Assembly: GCA_963737905.1 (NCBI GenBank)
Contig: CAVTUQ010000007.1
Location: forward strand, 64,001 to 128,000
Reading direction: 5' to 3'
Origin: an uncultured delta proteobacterium
GTDB lineage: Bacteria > Desulfobacterota > Binatia > UBA9968
Length of the DNA stretch: 64,000 nucleotides
The notes beneath the pieces were generated by a model, which was given only the letters and a program-made list of their open reading frames with translations, searched no databases and had not been told where the DNA came from. Position 1 is the first letter of the stretch. Each line of letters starts with the position of its first letter. Of the stretch, positions 49,114-59,300 are shown in pieces. A program made the translations under genes and the position numbers.

Positions 49114-50019
49114 ATGGGATACTATCTGAAATCCGGAAAAAGTGTCTGTTGGCCGGTTCTGCTCATCGCGTTGTTATTGCCGATCAGAGTACATGCGCAA
49201 ACCGATAATCAAGAACAGGTGGCAAAAGGCGATTATATTTTCTCCCTCGCGGGTGGTTGTGCTTGCCACAGCGATCCGAAGGGGACGCCACACGCTGGCG
49301 GAAGACCATTTCCCATCCCCTTCGGCACCGTTTACAGCACCAACCTCACCGCGGACGTAGACACGGGCCTTGGCGGCTGGACGGATCAACAGATTTTTGA
49401 CGCTGTAACCAAAGGGGTGACTCGCAACGGAGGTAGAACCTTGCCGCTCATGCCGTACGGTCCGTATTCGGGTATGGCCCGGGACGATCTCAGGGCGTTG
49501 ATCGCATTCCTGCGCACTCTTAAGCCGGTCAGAAAGCCGACGCCGGAATTGCAGACATCGGTTCCCATGCTTCGCAGCATTGCCGCCGAAGGATGGTTAA
49601 AGGCCTTTGGGCAGTTTTTTACTTCGCCTCCGACAGCGCCGAAGAGCGGTATTGAACGCGGCAAATATTTGACCGAGCATGTCGCGATCTGTGGCGATTG
49701 TCATACGCCGAGAAGCTCCATCGGTGTTCCAAACCGGTCGATGTACATGGCGGGAGCGGGCAAAGACATCGGTCCTCTAGGTGAGCTTGTTCCCAACATC
49801 ACCCCCGACAAAGAGACGGGAATCGGCGCCTGGAAGCGTGAAGAGATCGCCAACTTGCTAGTCACCGGCACGAAACCTGACTTGGATTACGTGCGCGGGC
49901 TCATGTACGATGCGATCCAGGGCACGTCCCATGGCTATCGCAATATGACTCGTGAAGATGCTCTGGCGATCGCGGATTACATCAAGTCGATCCCTGCGAT
50001 CAAGAATAAGGTTAAGTAA
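49114..50019 (+). CDS. Periplasmic c-type cytochrome, probable diheme (CACH + CGDCH)
   Basis: Signal peptide; PFGTVYSTNLT...GLGGWT, MPY, CGDCHTPR, PNITPDKETGIGAW. Confidence 0.88.
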   Translation: MGYYLKSGKSVCWPVLLIALLLPIRVHAQTDNQEQVAKGDYIFSLAGGCACHSDPKGTPHAGGRPFPIPFGTVYSTNLTADVDTGLGGWTDQQIFDAVTKGVTRNGGRTLPLMPYGPYSGMARDDLRALIAFLRTLKPVRKPTPELQTSVPMLRSIAAEGWLKAFGQFFTSPPTAPKSGIERGKYLTEHVAICGDCHTPRSSIGVPNRSMYMAGAGKDIGPLGELVPNITPDKETGIGAWKREEIANLLVTGTKPDLDYVRGLMYDAIQGTSHGYRNMTREDALAIADYIKSIPAIKNKVK

Positions 50020-50090
50020 ATCTCCTTAGTGAATCCGGTGATCGGCTGTCTGAGATTCACGCAAAGCCGAAAAAATATTCGGAGGCGACA

Positions 50091-50621
50091 ATGGCGAATG
50101 TTATAGGCCTCGGTCACGTTGGGATCTATGTTCGGGACTTGGAGCGGATGGTTGGGTTTTACCGAGACACTCTTGGAATGCGTGTCACCAAGCAGAACTG
50201 GCGAGCGGGGATTGTATTCTTGACCGCGGATCCCGACGCCGCCGATCACGAGATCGCACTTTTTCGCGGGCGCCCGGAAGACGCCGATTCGCAACTAATC
50301 AATCAGATCTCGCTCCGTGTCGTGACCCTCGATGATCTGCGGAGCTTTCATCGGAAATTGGTTGTCGAGGGCTATCGCATCGACGCGGTGGTCAACCACG
50401 TGAGTGCGCTCGGCTGCTACTACTTCGACCCGGAAGGCAATCGTTCAGAAGTATTTTGGGTTACCGGGCGAGCTTGTTGGGTGCCGATTGCGCATTTGAT
50501 TGATATTGAACAGCCGGACGAAGCCGTATTCGCCGAGGTCGATCAGATATGGGCAAGACTGCAGCACGTCGGTATGGGTGAGCGAATGGCAAATGAACCC
50601 GCCACCTTGCAGCTTGATTAG
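50091..50621 (+). CDS. VOC/glyoxalase family protein
   Basis: LGHVGIYVRDLE, DHEIAL, YYFDPEGNRSE. Confidence 0.88.
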   Translation: MANVIGLGHVGIYVRDLERMVGFYRDTLGMRVTKQNWRAGIVFLTADPDAADHEIALFRGRPEDADSQLINQISLRVVTLDDLRSFHRKLVVEGYRIDAVVNHVSALGCYYFDPEGNRSEVFWVTGRACWVPIAHLIDIEQPDEAVFAEVDQIWARLQHVGMGERMANEPATLQLD

Positions 50622-50639
50622 CCTGAAGCGAAGAGATCT

Positions 50640-50860
50640 TCGCCCGCAAACCCTCACGCAGGTGTACGAGGCAGCGGTGCGAGCACCGACTTGTCGAGGA
50701 TTTTTACACAACAGCTAAGAGCTCTAGCGAGCGCTCCCAGACCGCTGAGGCCGACGCCCAGCACGCGGCTCGGGAGATCGCGAAGCAGCTCGCAAAGTTT
50801 TTCGTCGAACAGCGCTGGATCACCCAGGATCAGGCCGACAAACTTTTCTGGGATCGCTAG
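50640..50860 (+). pseudogene. C-terminal remnant of a DUF4410-like protein
   Basis: SERSQTAEADAQHAAREIAKQLAKFFVEQRWI...*; no start codon and broken upstream frame. Confidence 0.45.
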
Positions 50861-50987
50861 CCTCTGCCAAGTTCATTTTTTTGGCGGGTGGAAAAAAAGG
50901 CTCGGCAAAGCCGAGACGAAAAAGCATGCCGATGAAGATACGGAAGGAGAGAATTGGTCTCGTGGAAGAGGAGACCGAAAAACGGCG

Positions 50988-52040
50988 TTAGTCCTTAAAT
51001 ATTTTCTTCACTCTTTCGATCACCTCGGCTGGCTGGTTCAGAATCTCATTAAGTACTGCTTGAAGTTCTTCTCCTGTGGAAGGGTCGACATCCATCCGGC
51101 TTTTTTTCGCCTCTGCCAATAGCTCAGGGTCTTTGATGGATTGCACGTATGCGTCCCGAAGCATTTTCACTCGATCCGCAGGCGTTCCGGGTGTCACCAG
51201 CATGAGGCGGCCGAACTCCGCGCCGCCGAGAAGTACGTAGGCGACACGGCGATTGGTTTCACTCGTCTTGTACTGGTCCATCAGTTCGTAAATGGTCGGC
51301 GCGTCGGGGACCAACGCGTCGCGTTTTCTTGTGGTTTGAACCAGATGGCGGTCGAACCCCTTTTTGTGCCAGCTATCGAATGGCTCGCGGCCATAATGAG
51401 GGTTGATCGTGTTGCCGCGGCACTGAATCTCTCCTTTCTCCACGGCCAGATCGATCTCGTTGCCGCCCGGGTAACCCATGACGGTGTTGATCTTGGCGCC
51501 GAAAGCCAGCTCGAGAACACGGTCGAGGACATAGCCCGCGCTCGATACCCCGGCGGTGCCACACTTGGGAGGCTCTTTAGCGTTGATGATGTCGCCGATC
51601 GTCTTATAGGGAGCATCGGCGCGCATATAGAGCAGCATGAAATTTTTCTCCTGCGAGCCGATGACCGAAAACTTGCGCAGATCGAACCGAACTTCGCTGT
51701 GGCCCGAGAGTTGTTCCAAATAGGTGTTGCTGTTGGGCATGAGCACGGTGAGACCGTCGGGCTTGGCCAAGCCGTAGACGTAGTTGGTTGCCACGAGCGA
51801 TCCCGCCCCCGGCATGGTTTGCACGATCATGCCCGGATTTCCGGGAAGATATTTAGGGATGAACCGGGCCAACAGTCGCGCCCAGCGGTCATAAAATCCC
51901 CCCGCTGACGCACCGACGATGATGCGAATCTGTTTTCCCTGGTAAAAGGGCTCGGTTTGTGCGTCGATTAAAGGCGGACTTGCCAGTAAGCAACCGAGCA
52001 AACCTAAAGTGAAAATTGACGTTCTGCAGTGGATTGCCAT
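50988..52040 (-). CDS. Bug/TctC-family substrate-binding protein
   Basis: FYQGKQIRIIVG...GGFYD, MPGAGS, KPDGLT, GYPGGNEIDLAVEKGE. Confidence 0.88.
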   Translation of the reverse strand: MAIHCRTSIFTLGLLGCLLASPPLIDAQTEPFYQGKQIRIIVGASAGGFYDRWARLLARFIPKYLPGNPGMIVQTMPGAGSLVATNYVYGLAKPDGLTVLMPNSNTYLEQLSGHSEVRFDLRKFSVIGSQEKNFMLLYMRADAPYKTIGDIINAKEPPKCGTAGVSSAGYVLDRVLELAFGAKINTVMGYPGGNEIDLAVEKGEIQCRGNTINPHYGREPFDSWHKKGFDRHLVQTTRKRDALVPDAPTIYELMDQYKTSETNRRVAYVLLGGAEFGRLMLVTPGTPADRVKMLRDAYVQSIKDPELLAEAKKSRMDVDPSTGEELQAVLNEILNQPAEVIERVKKIFKD

Positions 52041-52057
52041 GCTCCCTCCACAATAAC

Positions 52058-53173
52058 TTACCAGGCAGATCCTGATCCGTGCGCTTCATGAGAAACCGGC
52101 GCGAGCACCTTGTAAGGATCGCCAAACCCAGACGCTACGTCGAGTACTTCCGGATGATGCAGCAGGGAGCGATCGAGCATGCCATGGGTGTCGACGACTA
52201 GACGATCGTCGATGTAGAGGCGTGCATTAAACACTGAGCCATCCATGTGCCTGAAGTTCGGGTGCCTGCGCGGTGTTCCGAGACCCGCCCAGGGCATCTT
52301 ACTGATTAGCTCCCAATGCATCGGATCGTCGACGCCATGCTGCGCCGAGGCTTTGGGGTGATAGCCGAACATGATTTCGATCAGACGATTGGACTCGGGA
52401 ACTTCTTTGAACAATCGCTTGCACTCTTCGCCGACTTCACCACCGCCGTCGACATCGGTAATGAGGTTGTCCTTTACTTTCCAGCGCATCGGTTTTGCTA
52501 GCTTCCCCGCGACGCCTTGGACGCAACTTAAATAAACTTCACCGTTCGACTCGCCGTCGCCGTTGAACACGCCGCACCGGCCCCAGGGGAAATGGCAGCG
52601 GCCGGGAGGGTCGCCGGCGCGGAACTGCATGCCATAAAGTCTTTTGCCGTCATACGTCGCTGTCAGATTGGTTCCCAGCGAATCTTCTATGCGAACAACT
52701 TTTCCCGCGGCGACCACGTCGCGAACTTTCTCGGCTAATTTCCAAAGGACTTTGTTGGGAAACTTTGCATAATCACGGGCCAACAGTCCGGCATTGCCTT
52801 CGAAGTAAACATGGTAGGGTTTCATTCTCTGTTCGCGTAGCTGGGTGCCGCTTTCCTCTCGCTTGCGGCCCATGGCGCGATGGGCCGGTGTGAAGGTGAT
52901 GAACACCGGCCACACCCAGATGACCACATCCGACGCCTGCATGGCCTCGAGGACCGGCTGCGGCACGCTGCCGTAACGCGCAATCGGTTCAGTAACGAGG
53001 GTCATCGGTTCGGCGCCGAAAAAGCGCACGCCCGCCGTCAGCGCTTCCAGGGTGGTTTTGTCGCTCCGCGTGTCGGCTAAAAGTAGTACCTGGTCACCCT
53101 GGCGGAGATCCGCGGCTTCGATCATATTGCGGACGCCGATCATCATATCGGCGATTGGGTAGGTCGTGGTCAT
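52058..53173 (-). CDS. Hypothetical protein, distant M29/NicX-like fold
   Basis: GDQVLLLADTRSD, GTNLT, EIMFGYHPKA, HMDG. Confidence 0.6.
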   Translation of the reverse strand: MTTTYPIADMMIGVRNMIEAADLRQGDQVLLLADTRSDKTTLEALTAGVRFFGAEPMTLVTEPIARYGSVPQPVLEAMQASDVVIWVWPVFITFTPAHRAMGRKREESGTQLREQRMKPYHVYFEGNAGLLARDYAKFPNKVLWKLAEKVRDVVAAGKVVRIEDSLGTNLTATYDGKRLYGMQFRAGDPPGRCHFPWGRCGVFNGDGESNGEVYLSCVQGVAGKLAKPMRWKVKDNLITDVDGGGEVGEECKRLFKEVPESNRLIEIMFGYHPKASAQHGVDDPMHWELISKMPWAGLGTPRRHPNFRHMDGSVFNARLYIDDRLVVDTHGMLDRSLLHHPEVLDVASGFGDPYKVLAPVSHEAHGSGSAW

Positions 53174-53194
53174 GCTTTCTCCTTCATCGCTCTA

Positions 53195-54199
53195 CTACGG
53201 GGTTGGTTCCCATCCGGCCGTTTTTAGCTCGCGGTAGATTTTCTTAGCGATGCTGTAATCGAAAAACTTACCGACATCCGCCGGCACCGGCACGCCGACC
53301 AGCTCCGCACGCATAGCCACGTCTTCCTTTAATACATCGTCGGGCACCCAGCCTTCGGCGGTCAAAACCGGACGTGTTGAATCGTAATCAAATTCATTGA
53401 ATTCAGGCTTGCGCTGGGTGTACTTGCCGATAATCGGAATCGTCTGCTCCCGGTAACGCCGCGCGTATTCTCTGCCTTTGATAACGCCGCGTAGAAAGCG
53501 TTCTACCAGATTCGGCTGGCGCGCCAACAATAGATTGGGAACCGCCAAACCGACGTAGGCGAAACGAATCTCTTTTTGCGTGTCGCCAAGCATGTGTCCT
53601 TTGGGCTGCTTGAGTTGGACAAAATCACCGGCACCCAATGGCACGGCGTCGACGGTGCCCGTTTGCAGAGCAGCGAGTCTCGCCCCGCCGAAGCCCACTG
53701 CAATATAAACAACGGAATTGGCGTCTATGCCGTGCTTGCGCAGGAGCAGGCGCACCGACAGCTCCTGCGTATCACCGCGGCTGGTGACGCCCACGCGCTT
53801 GCCAATCAAATCCTTCAGATTCTTGATCTCGGGTCGCGCGGACCAGAGTTGATACCCGGGACGGTCGATATTGGTGTAAATCACCTTATCTCCGCGCCAC
53901 GCAACATCGCGGTGAGCGCGGACCCGGCCGAGGTGCTGAAATGAAGGTCGCCGGCGATCAGCGCCTGGGTAGCAATGCCGCCACCTGCCCGGATCATCTC
54001 CACCGTGAAACCCTCGCCGCGGTGATAACCTTTTTCGATGGCGACGAATTCGTCCATGTAGCTGGCGGTGATCGCGGCGACGGAAAACCTTACCTTTTCT
54101 TCCACGCTCGCCGCATGAACAAATTCGTATTGGCAACCAAGAAATGCCGAAAATGAGCGATAGCGGAAGTAGGACTCGGGACGAGAACATCACAAGCAT
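53195..54199 (-). CDS. NMT1/SsuA-type substrate-binding protein with two compensating frameshifts
   Basis: The correct middle segment is ORF 53881-54105 (YMDEFVAIEKGY...GGIATQAL), as shown by alignment with paralogue 57391-58365. Confidence 0.82.
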   Translation of the reverse strand: MLVMFSSRVLLPLSLIFGISWLPIRICSCGERGRKGKVFRRRDHRQLHGRIRRHRKRLSPRRGFHGGDDPGRWRHCYPGADRRRPSFQHLGRVRAHRDVAWRGDKVIYTNIDRPGYQLWSARPEIKNLKDLIGKRVGVTSRGDTQELSVRLLLRKHGIDANSVVYIAVGFGGARLAALQTGTVDAVPLGAGDFVQLKQPKGHMLGDTQKEIRFAYVGLAVPNLLLARQPNLVERFLRGVIKGREYARRYREQTIPIIGKYTQRKPEFNEFDYDSTRPVLTAEGWVPDDVLKEDVAMRAELVGVPVPADVGKFFDYSIAKKIYRELKTAGWEPTP

Positions 54200-54463
54200 G
54201 CCCGCCCCAGATCGTTGGAGGGAAGAACTCCGTGCTCGATACGCTCCAACCCAACAACTCTGTTTTCGATGGACATGCCAATGACTCCTCAACTGGACTC
54301 TATATATTAGGCAAGGAAGTCAGACAAGCTGTAAGTCAAGCTGCAGGCGCTTGCGTTTTGTCGCCCCGAAAGGTTATGCAAAATGAACGGTGCGCGGGAT
54401 AACGGATGGGACAGCGGCCTCCAAGCGAGGCGAGCTCTGAAATTCCGAGTTGAGTAACCAACA

Positions 54464-55414
54464 ATGGAGATTGGACTGCTGTTGCATACGCGTCAGATGA
54501 TCCGGCAGGAGGACGCGGCGAAGAGTTTCGAGCAACTCTGGTCGGATGCGGCTCAGGCGGAGGAGCTAGGCTTCGACCATATCTGGTTGGGTGACAGCGT
54601 TACGGTTTTGGACAAAGCTCGCGGCGATTGCCTGACCACTATGGCCGCACTGGCGGCGCGGACGAGTAGAATGAGAATCGGTGCGGTACCGATGCTCCCC
54701 GCGTTAAGAAATCCGGTCTTGTTAGCCCATGCGCTTGCAACGCTGGATGTGATCTCGAAAGGCCGGATTGTTCTCGGCGTCAGTGTGGGGCCCGTCAGGG
54801 ATTACATCCAGCGACAATTCGCTGCTTGCGGTGTCCCGCCCCAGGAAAAAGCGGGACGCTTGAGTGAGTCCATCGAGATCATGCGCCGGCTTTGGAGCGA
54901 AACAACCGTCAACTACGACGGGCGTTACTATCAATTAAAGGACGTCGGGATTCTGCCTCATCCCGCGCAAAAGCAGGGGATACCCATCTGGATCGCCGCG
55001 GACAGAAACGAAAACGGTTTCAAGCGGGTAGGGCGCTTGGGAGACGGTTGGGTCACCTTGGCGCCGACAGTGGAGAGGTTTGCCGCGGCACGGCAGAAGA
55101 TCGATCGGTATGCCCAAGAGCATGGCCGCGTTGGAAAATGCTGGCCCAGCGCGTTATTTGCGGCTTTCAATATTCAAGCCGATGGCGATCGCGCTAGAAA
55201 TGAGGGTTGGCAGTGGATGGAACGGTTCTTCGGGCAACCCAAAGAAAGGCTCGGCCACTTCTTCGCTATTTTCGGCACGCCAGAGGAATGTAGCTCCTTG
55301 TTGAAAGGATACGCCGAAGCGGGGTTGACCGCGATTATCGCGCGGATCGCGTCGGACGACGTACGCGGTCAAGAGAGTCTATTGCTTAACGAGATCAAGC
55401 CCCGTCTCGCATGA
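54464..55414 (+). CDS. LLM-class flavin-dependent oxidoreductase
   Basis: AEELGFDHIWLGDS, RNPVLLA, PHPAQKQGIPIWIA, LGDGW. Confidence 0.9.
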   Translation: MEIGLLLHTRQMIRQEDAAKSFEQLWSDAAQAEELGFDHIWLGDSVTVLDKARGDCLTTMAALAARTSRMRIGAVPMLPALRNPVLLAHALATLDVISKGRIVLGVSVGPVRDYIQRQFAACGVPPQEKAGRLSESIEIMRRLWSETTVNYDGRYYQLKDVGILPHPAQKQGIPIWIAADRNENGFKRVGRLGDGWVTLAPTVERFAAARQKIDRYAQEHGRVGKCWPSALFAAFNIQADGDRARNEGWQWMERFFGQPKERLGHFFAIFGTPEECSSLLKGYAEAGLTAIIARIASDDVRGQESLLLNEIKPRLA

Positions 55415-55418
55415 TGGT

Positions 55419-56387
55419 ATGGAACGACTGCGTCTCAGTTTGTCCTGCAACGAATATGACCGAACACGTTTTTTGGTGGACGGCAGAGTGCAAGCCGAAG
55501 GTATCGATTTGGACGTCGTCGCGTTGCCGTCGGAAGAGCGTCATCGAAGGTTTTCCCGCGATCTGGAATTCGACGTGTGCGAGCTCCAGATGGGCGTCTT
55601 TCTCGGTTGGATGGGTCGCGGCGCGCCGTTCACCGCGATCCCCGTGTTTCCTCATCGTAAGTTTTGTCACGGCAACGTGCTCATCAACATCGCCAGCGGT
55701 ATTCAAAGACCCGAGGAGCTTGCCGGCAAGATTATCGGCATGCGTGCCCACTTCAATCCGGTATCGCTCTGGATGCGTGGCGTACTCCAGGAAGAATACG
55801 GCGTGGCGGTGCGATCACTCAAGATTCGGACGAATCAGCAGGAGCAGGTCCCGGGCTGGCAGCCACCGGATTGGATGAAAATCGAGCGCCTACCGAAGGG
55901 ACAAAAAGTGGAAGATGGATTGATCAGCGGTGCAATCGACGCCTGCATGCTGCCGGAGATAAATCCGAAGCTGGCCAGCCATACGGCCGGAGTGAAGCGC
56001 TTATGGCCCAATTTTCGCGAAACGGAAAAAGACTATTATTTGCGCACCAAGATCTTTCCGATTCGCCACGTCGTCGTTGTGAAAAATTCAGTTCTGGAAC
56101 GTTATCCGTGGGCGGCGCAGAGTCTCGTCGAAGCCTTTGCCAAAGCCAAGGAGATAGGGATCAAGCATGTGAGCGATACGCGGCGATCTTTTCTGGCTTG
56201 GTATGGCGCAGAACTGGAAGAAGAGAGGGAGCTTTTTGGCGAAGATCCGTGGCCCTACAATATCAAAGATAATCGAATCGTGCTGGAAACGATGACGCGC
56301 TACGCTCAGATGGTTGGGATTACGGACCGCAAGTTGGAGATTAAAGAGCTGTTCGCCGAGAGCGCGTTGGACGGCGAGTCCGTTTGA
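55419..56387 (+). CDS. 4,5-dihydroxyphthalate decarboxylase-like (periplasmic-binding-fold) protein
   Basis: YDRT...G, EFDVCE, AIPVFPHR, IFPIRHVVV, DPWPY; no signal peptide. Confidence 0.78.
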   Translation: MERLRLSLSCNEYDRTRFLVDGRVQAEGIDLDVVALPSEERHRRFSRDLEFDVCELQMGVFLGWMGRGAPFTAIPVFPHRKFCHGNVLINIASGIQRPEELAGKIIGMRAHFNPVSLWMRGVLQEEYGVAVRSLKIRTNQQEQVPGWQPPDWMKIERLPKGQKVEDGLISGAIDACMLPEINPKLASHTAGVKRLWPNFRETEKDYYLRTKIFPIRHVVVVKNSVLERYPWAAQSLVEAFAKAKEIGIKHVSDTRRSFLAWYGAELEEERELFGEDPWPYNIKDNRIVLETMTRYAQMVGITDRKLEIKELFAESALDGESV

Positions 56388-56460
56388 AAAGCTGAAGGAC
56401 TCTTGGATCTAATCCGAAGGTTTGAATTTTGTGACTGGGAATCGGCCGTTGCTCACCGTT

Positions 56461-56540
56461 GTCATTCCCGCGCAAGCGGGAATCCAGGTCTTTTTCTAAA
56501 GCGCACCACGAACCTGGATGCCCGCTTTCGCGAGCATGAC
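56461..56540. repeat. RPE/dRS3-like palindromic element
   Basis: GTCATTCCCGCGCAAGCGGGAATCCAG...CTGGATGCCCGCTTTCGCGAGCATGAC between convergent genes. Confidence 0.78.
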
Positions 56541-56594
56541 GAACCATCATCTAGCCTGAACACAAGAGGATCTATATTGTCCCTGAACAAGCAA

Positions 56595-57386
56595 CTATTT
56601 ATTTTCCTCCGCTCCCGCCCGGGCCCACTCCGGACGATAACGGTCATCGGTGACTCCGGCCACGGTGTAACCGCCGTCGACGTAGAGGATCGTTCCCGTT
56701 ATATAACTGGCCCCGTCGGAAGCGAGGAAGACGCAGGGCTCAACCATGTCTTCCGGCGTCTCGGTTCGGCCCAGCGGCAGCCGGCGGACGCGTTCGAGAA
56801 CACCGGGGTTGTAAGGCTTTCGCGCCGTGTTGCCCCGAGCTACCGCATTCACGTTGATGCCGTAAAATCCCAGCGCGTGCGCCGCCGCGCGTGTAAGGCC
56901 GTTGACCGCGCCGCGATCCGCTGTCCATGAGGCCGCTTGGCCGGGCCCCAATACACCGACGATGGAGCTTAGATTGATGATTTTCCCGTAGCGCTGTTTC
57001 ACCATCTGCCGGGCGGCCGCTTGGCAGGTGAGAAAATAGCTCTTCACGCCTCGGCTTAACGAATCGTCGAAGTCTTCTTCCTTAAAATTCAGAAACTCTT
57101 GGTTGTGGGAAGCCATGGTGGTGTTGACGAGGATGTCGATGCGGCCGAATGTCTGGATGACTTGATCCACCATCGCATCGACTTCGGCGCGCTGGCGCAG
57201 ATCGACGGCGAGCGCCAAAGCACGCCGGCCCCGTTGCCGCACTTTGTCCGCCGCGGTGTCGGCGTCGGCCTGTTTGAAATCGGCACAAACAATGTCGCAG
57301 CCCTCAGCGGCAAATCCGGGCACGATGGCCGAGCCAAATTCGCCGTTGCAACCCGTGACGATGGCTATTTTTCCTTGAAGTCTCAT
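56595..57386 (-). CDS. SDR-family oxidoreductase (atypical: Trp at the catalytic Tyr position)
   Basis: VTGCNGEFG, GRIDILVN, IINLSS, SWTADRGAV, YVDGG. Confidence 0.85.
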   Translation of the reverse strand: MRLQGKIAIVTGCNGEFGSAIVPGFAAEGCDIVCADFKQADADTAADKVRQRGRRALALAVDLRQRAEVDAMVDQVIQTFGRIDILVNTTMASHNQEFLNFKEEDFDDSLSRGVKSYFLTCQAAARQMVKQRYGKIINLSSIVGVLGPGQAASWTADRGAVNGLTRAAAHALGFYGINVNAVARGNTARKPYNPGVLERVRRLPLGRTETPEDMVEPCVFLASDGASYITGTILYVDGGYTVAGVTDDRYRPEWARAGAEENK

Positions 57387-57390
57387 GATC

Positions 57391-58365
57391 TTATCGAACC
57401 GGCTGCCAGCCGGTCGCTTTGAGCTGAGCGTAGTTTTTTTTGGTAATGCTGTAATCGAACACGGCCGATATGTTAGGCGGATTGGCGGCTTTGGTCAGCT
57501 CTGCGCGAGTTGCGATTTCCTCCCTTAGAACATCGTCAGGCAACGACCCGTCTTCGGTCATGCTCGCTCTGGTCACTTCGTAATCGACCTTGATGGCATC
57601 CAGAGGAGAAGGATCGCGCTTGCTGATGAGCGCAATCGTCTCGTCCCGATAACGTCGTGCGAACTCCCGGCCCTTGGCCAGGCCGCGCAGAAATCGCTCT
57701 ACCAGTTGCGGGTTTTCGGCCAAAAGCTTGCTGGACACGGCAACGCCATTCCAAACCAATTGGATCTCCTTGCCTAAATCCGCAAGCACGATATGTTTTT
57801 GCTCTTTCAAAACGACCATGTCGCGGGGCACCAGTGGCGCGGCGTCGATGGCACCGGAACGTAGCGCGGGAAAACGGACTTCATTTCTCCCAACGGCGAT
57901 GAAAAGCACGGACGACGGATTGACGCCCATTTTTTTGAGATAGAGAATCGTCGATAGATGGCCGGTATCGCCAAAACTATTAATCGCGATTTTTCTTCCA
58001 ACCAGATCTTTCGCTGACGTGATATCCGGTTTTATCGAAACCAGGCTATAGCTCGGCCGCGAAAGATTGGTATAGACGATTTTCACCGGCCCGCCGCGCA
58101 CCGCGGCGCTGACCGCCGAACTTGCCGAGCTGCTGAATTGAAACTGCCCCGACAATAGACCTGGAGTCGCGACGCCGCCCGGAGCGCGGATGACTTCGAT
58201 ATTCAGTCCATCTTCGCGAAAGTATCCTTTGTCCATCGCGCAAATATGGTCCATATAGGCCGCGCTGAGCGTGGCGTAAGATACGCGTATGCTGTCCGCC
58301 GCGGTGGCGGAAGATTCAATGACGAGCAACAGAACGAGGGACCACCACGCTCGCCTTCTGGCCAT
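57391..58365 (-). CDS. NMT1/SsuA-type substrate-binding protein
   Basis: Signal peptide; KGYFREDGL, DLVGRKIAI; paralogue of 53195-54199. Confidence 0.87.
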   Translation of the reverse strand: MARRRAWWSLVLLLVIESSATAADSIRVSYATLSAAYMDHICAMDKGYFREDGLNIEVIRAPGGVATPGLLSGQFQFSSSASSAVSAAVRGGPVKIVYTNLSRPSYSLVSIKPDITSAKDLVGRKIAINSFGDTGHLSTILYLKKMGVNPSSVLFIAVGRNEVRFPALRSGAIDAAPLVPRDMVVLKEQKHIVLADLGKEIQLVWNGVAVSSKLLAENPQLVERFLRGLAKGREFARRYRDETIALISKRDPSPLDAIKVDYEVTRASMTEDGSLPDDVLREEIATRAELTKAANPPNISAVFDYSITKKNYAQLKATGWQPVR

Positions 58366-58397
58366 TGCTTTGTCAAAAGGCCCGTCCATCTAGGTTC

Positions 58398-59273
58398 TCA
58401 AACCGGCTGACCGGCCCGTTTGGCGCGCTCGATGTATTCATCGGCCAGGCGCACCGGATTTCTGGTGTAGAGGATGATCCGGATGGTGGCCATGTCGCCG
58501 ATATTACGGTGCGAAGTTCCCGGAGGAATCAACAGGAAGTCACCGGTCTCGAGCATATATTCTCCCTGGTTGGTAAGGGTTGCGCGCCGGCCGGACAGTT
58601 GAAAAGCGACTTCGTCCTGTCCGAATCCCCGGTGATAGATTCTTTGCGCATCCGAACGGTAGGTGGTTTCGATCATGATGTCGGCGTTTTCAACCAGCTC
58701 GAAATGCTTGCCGCCGGAGCCTCCTTCTTCGACCTTATCGAGCACCGTCTTCGGCTTCAGCAAGGTACATTGCTTATTGGGCACAACGCTCTCTTTGACG
58801 GGGTAAGTTTGGGCGATCTGGACGGGACTGCGGGTATAAACGATGAGTCGCGTGGCGGGGGCTTCTCCCCGATTTTCGTGGCTGATGCTTGCCGGCACGA
58901 CGAGAACGTCGCCTTCGTCCAGCTCGAAGTCGCCTTCGGACGTCTTGGTGACGCGTCTATTCTGCACTTGAATCTGTGTCTCACAAAATCCCGCGGGCCT
59001 GCGGCCATCTTCACCTTTCGACGATCGGCAGTGCATCAGCTCAATCCGCACGTCATCGTTGATAAAGATCGGGATCTGTTTGGTATCGGTGTCGCCGGGA
59101 AGATCCTTGGCCAGCAAATTCAACGGGGCAATGAGTCGGCAGGCCCTCTCCGGTTTTTCCTTGCAGCCAACGATATCTACTTCTTCATCCACTTCCTTCC
59201 ATACCCGCTCGGTCTTGGGACCGATATTACCGATGAACGACAGCGTGTTAATTTCCTTGAATTTGGTTCCCAT
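58398..59273 (-). CDS. Bicupin protein, possible ring-cleaving dioxygenase
   Basis: Two cupin repeats; C-terminal YHRGFGQDEVAFQ...GDFLLIPPGTSH. Confidence 0.7.
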   Translation of the reverse strand: MGTKFKEINTLSFIGNIGPKTERVWKEVDEEVDIVGCKEKPERACRLIAPLNLLAKDLPGDTDTKQIPIFINDDVRIELMHCRSSKGEDGRRPAGFCETQIQVQNRRVTKTSEGDFELDEGDVLVVPASISHENRGEAPATRLIVYTRSPVQIAQTYPVKESVVPNKQCTLLKPKTVLDKVEEGGSGGKHFELVENADIMIETTYRSDAQRIYHRGFGQDEVAFQLSGRRATLTNQGEYMLETGDFLLIPPGTSHRNIGDMATIRIILYTRNPVRLADEYIERAKRAGQPV

Positions 59274-59300
59274 GTAACCGCGCTCCTTGGAAACTCTGGG

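Noticed and set aside
53881-53883. TGA ending ORF 53881-54105 as a possible Sec codon
   Set aside because: The homologous sequence continues in a different frame and no Cys is expected here; it is an indel effect.
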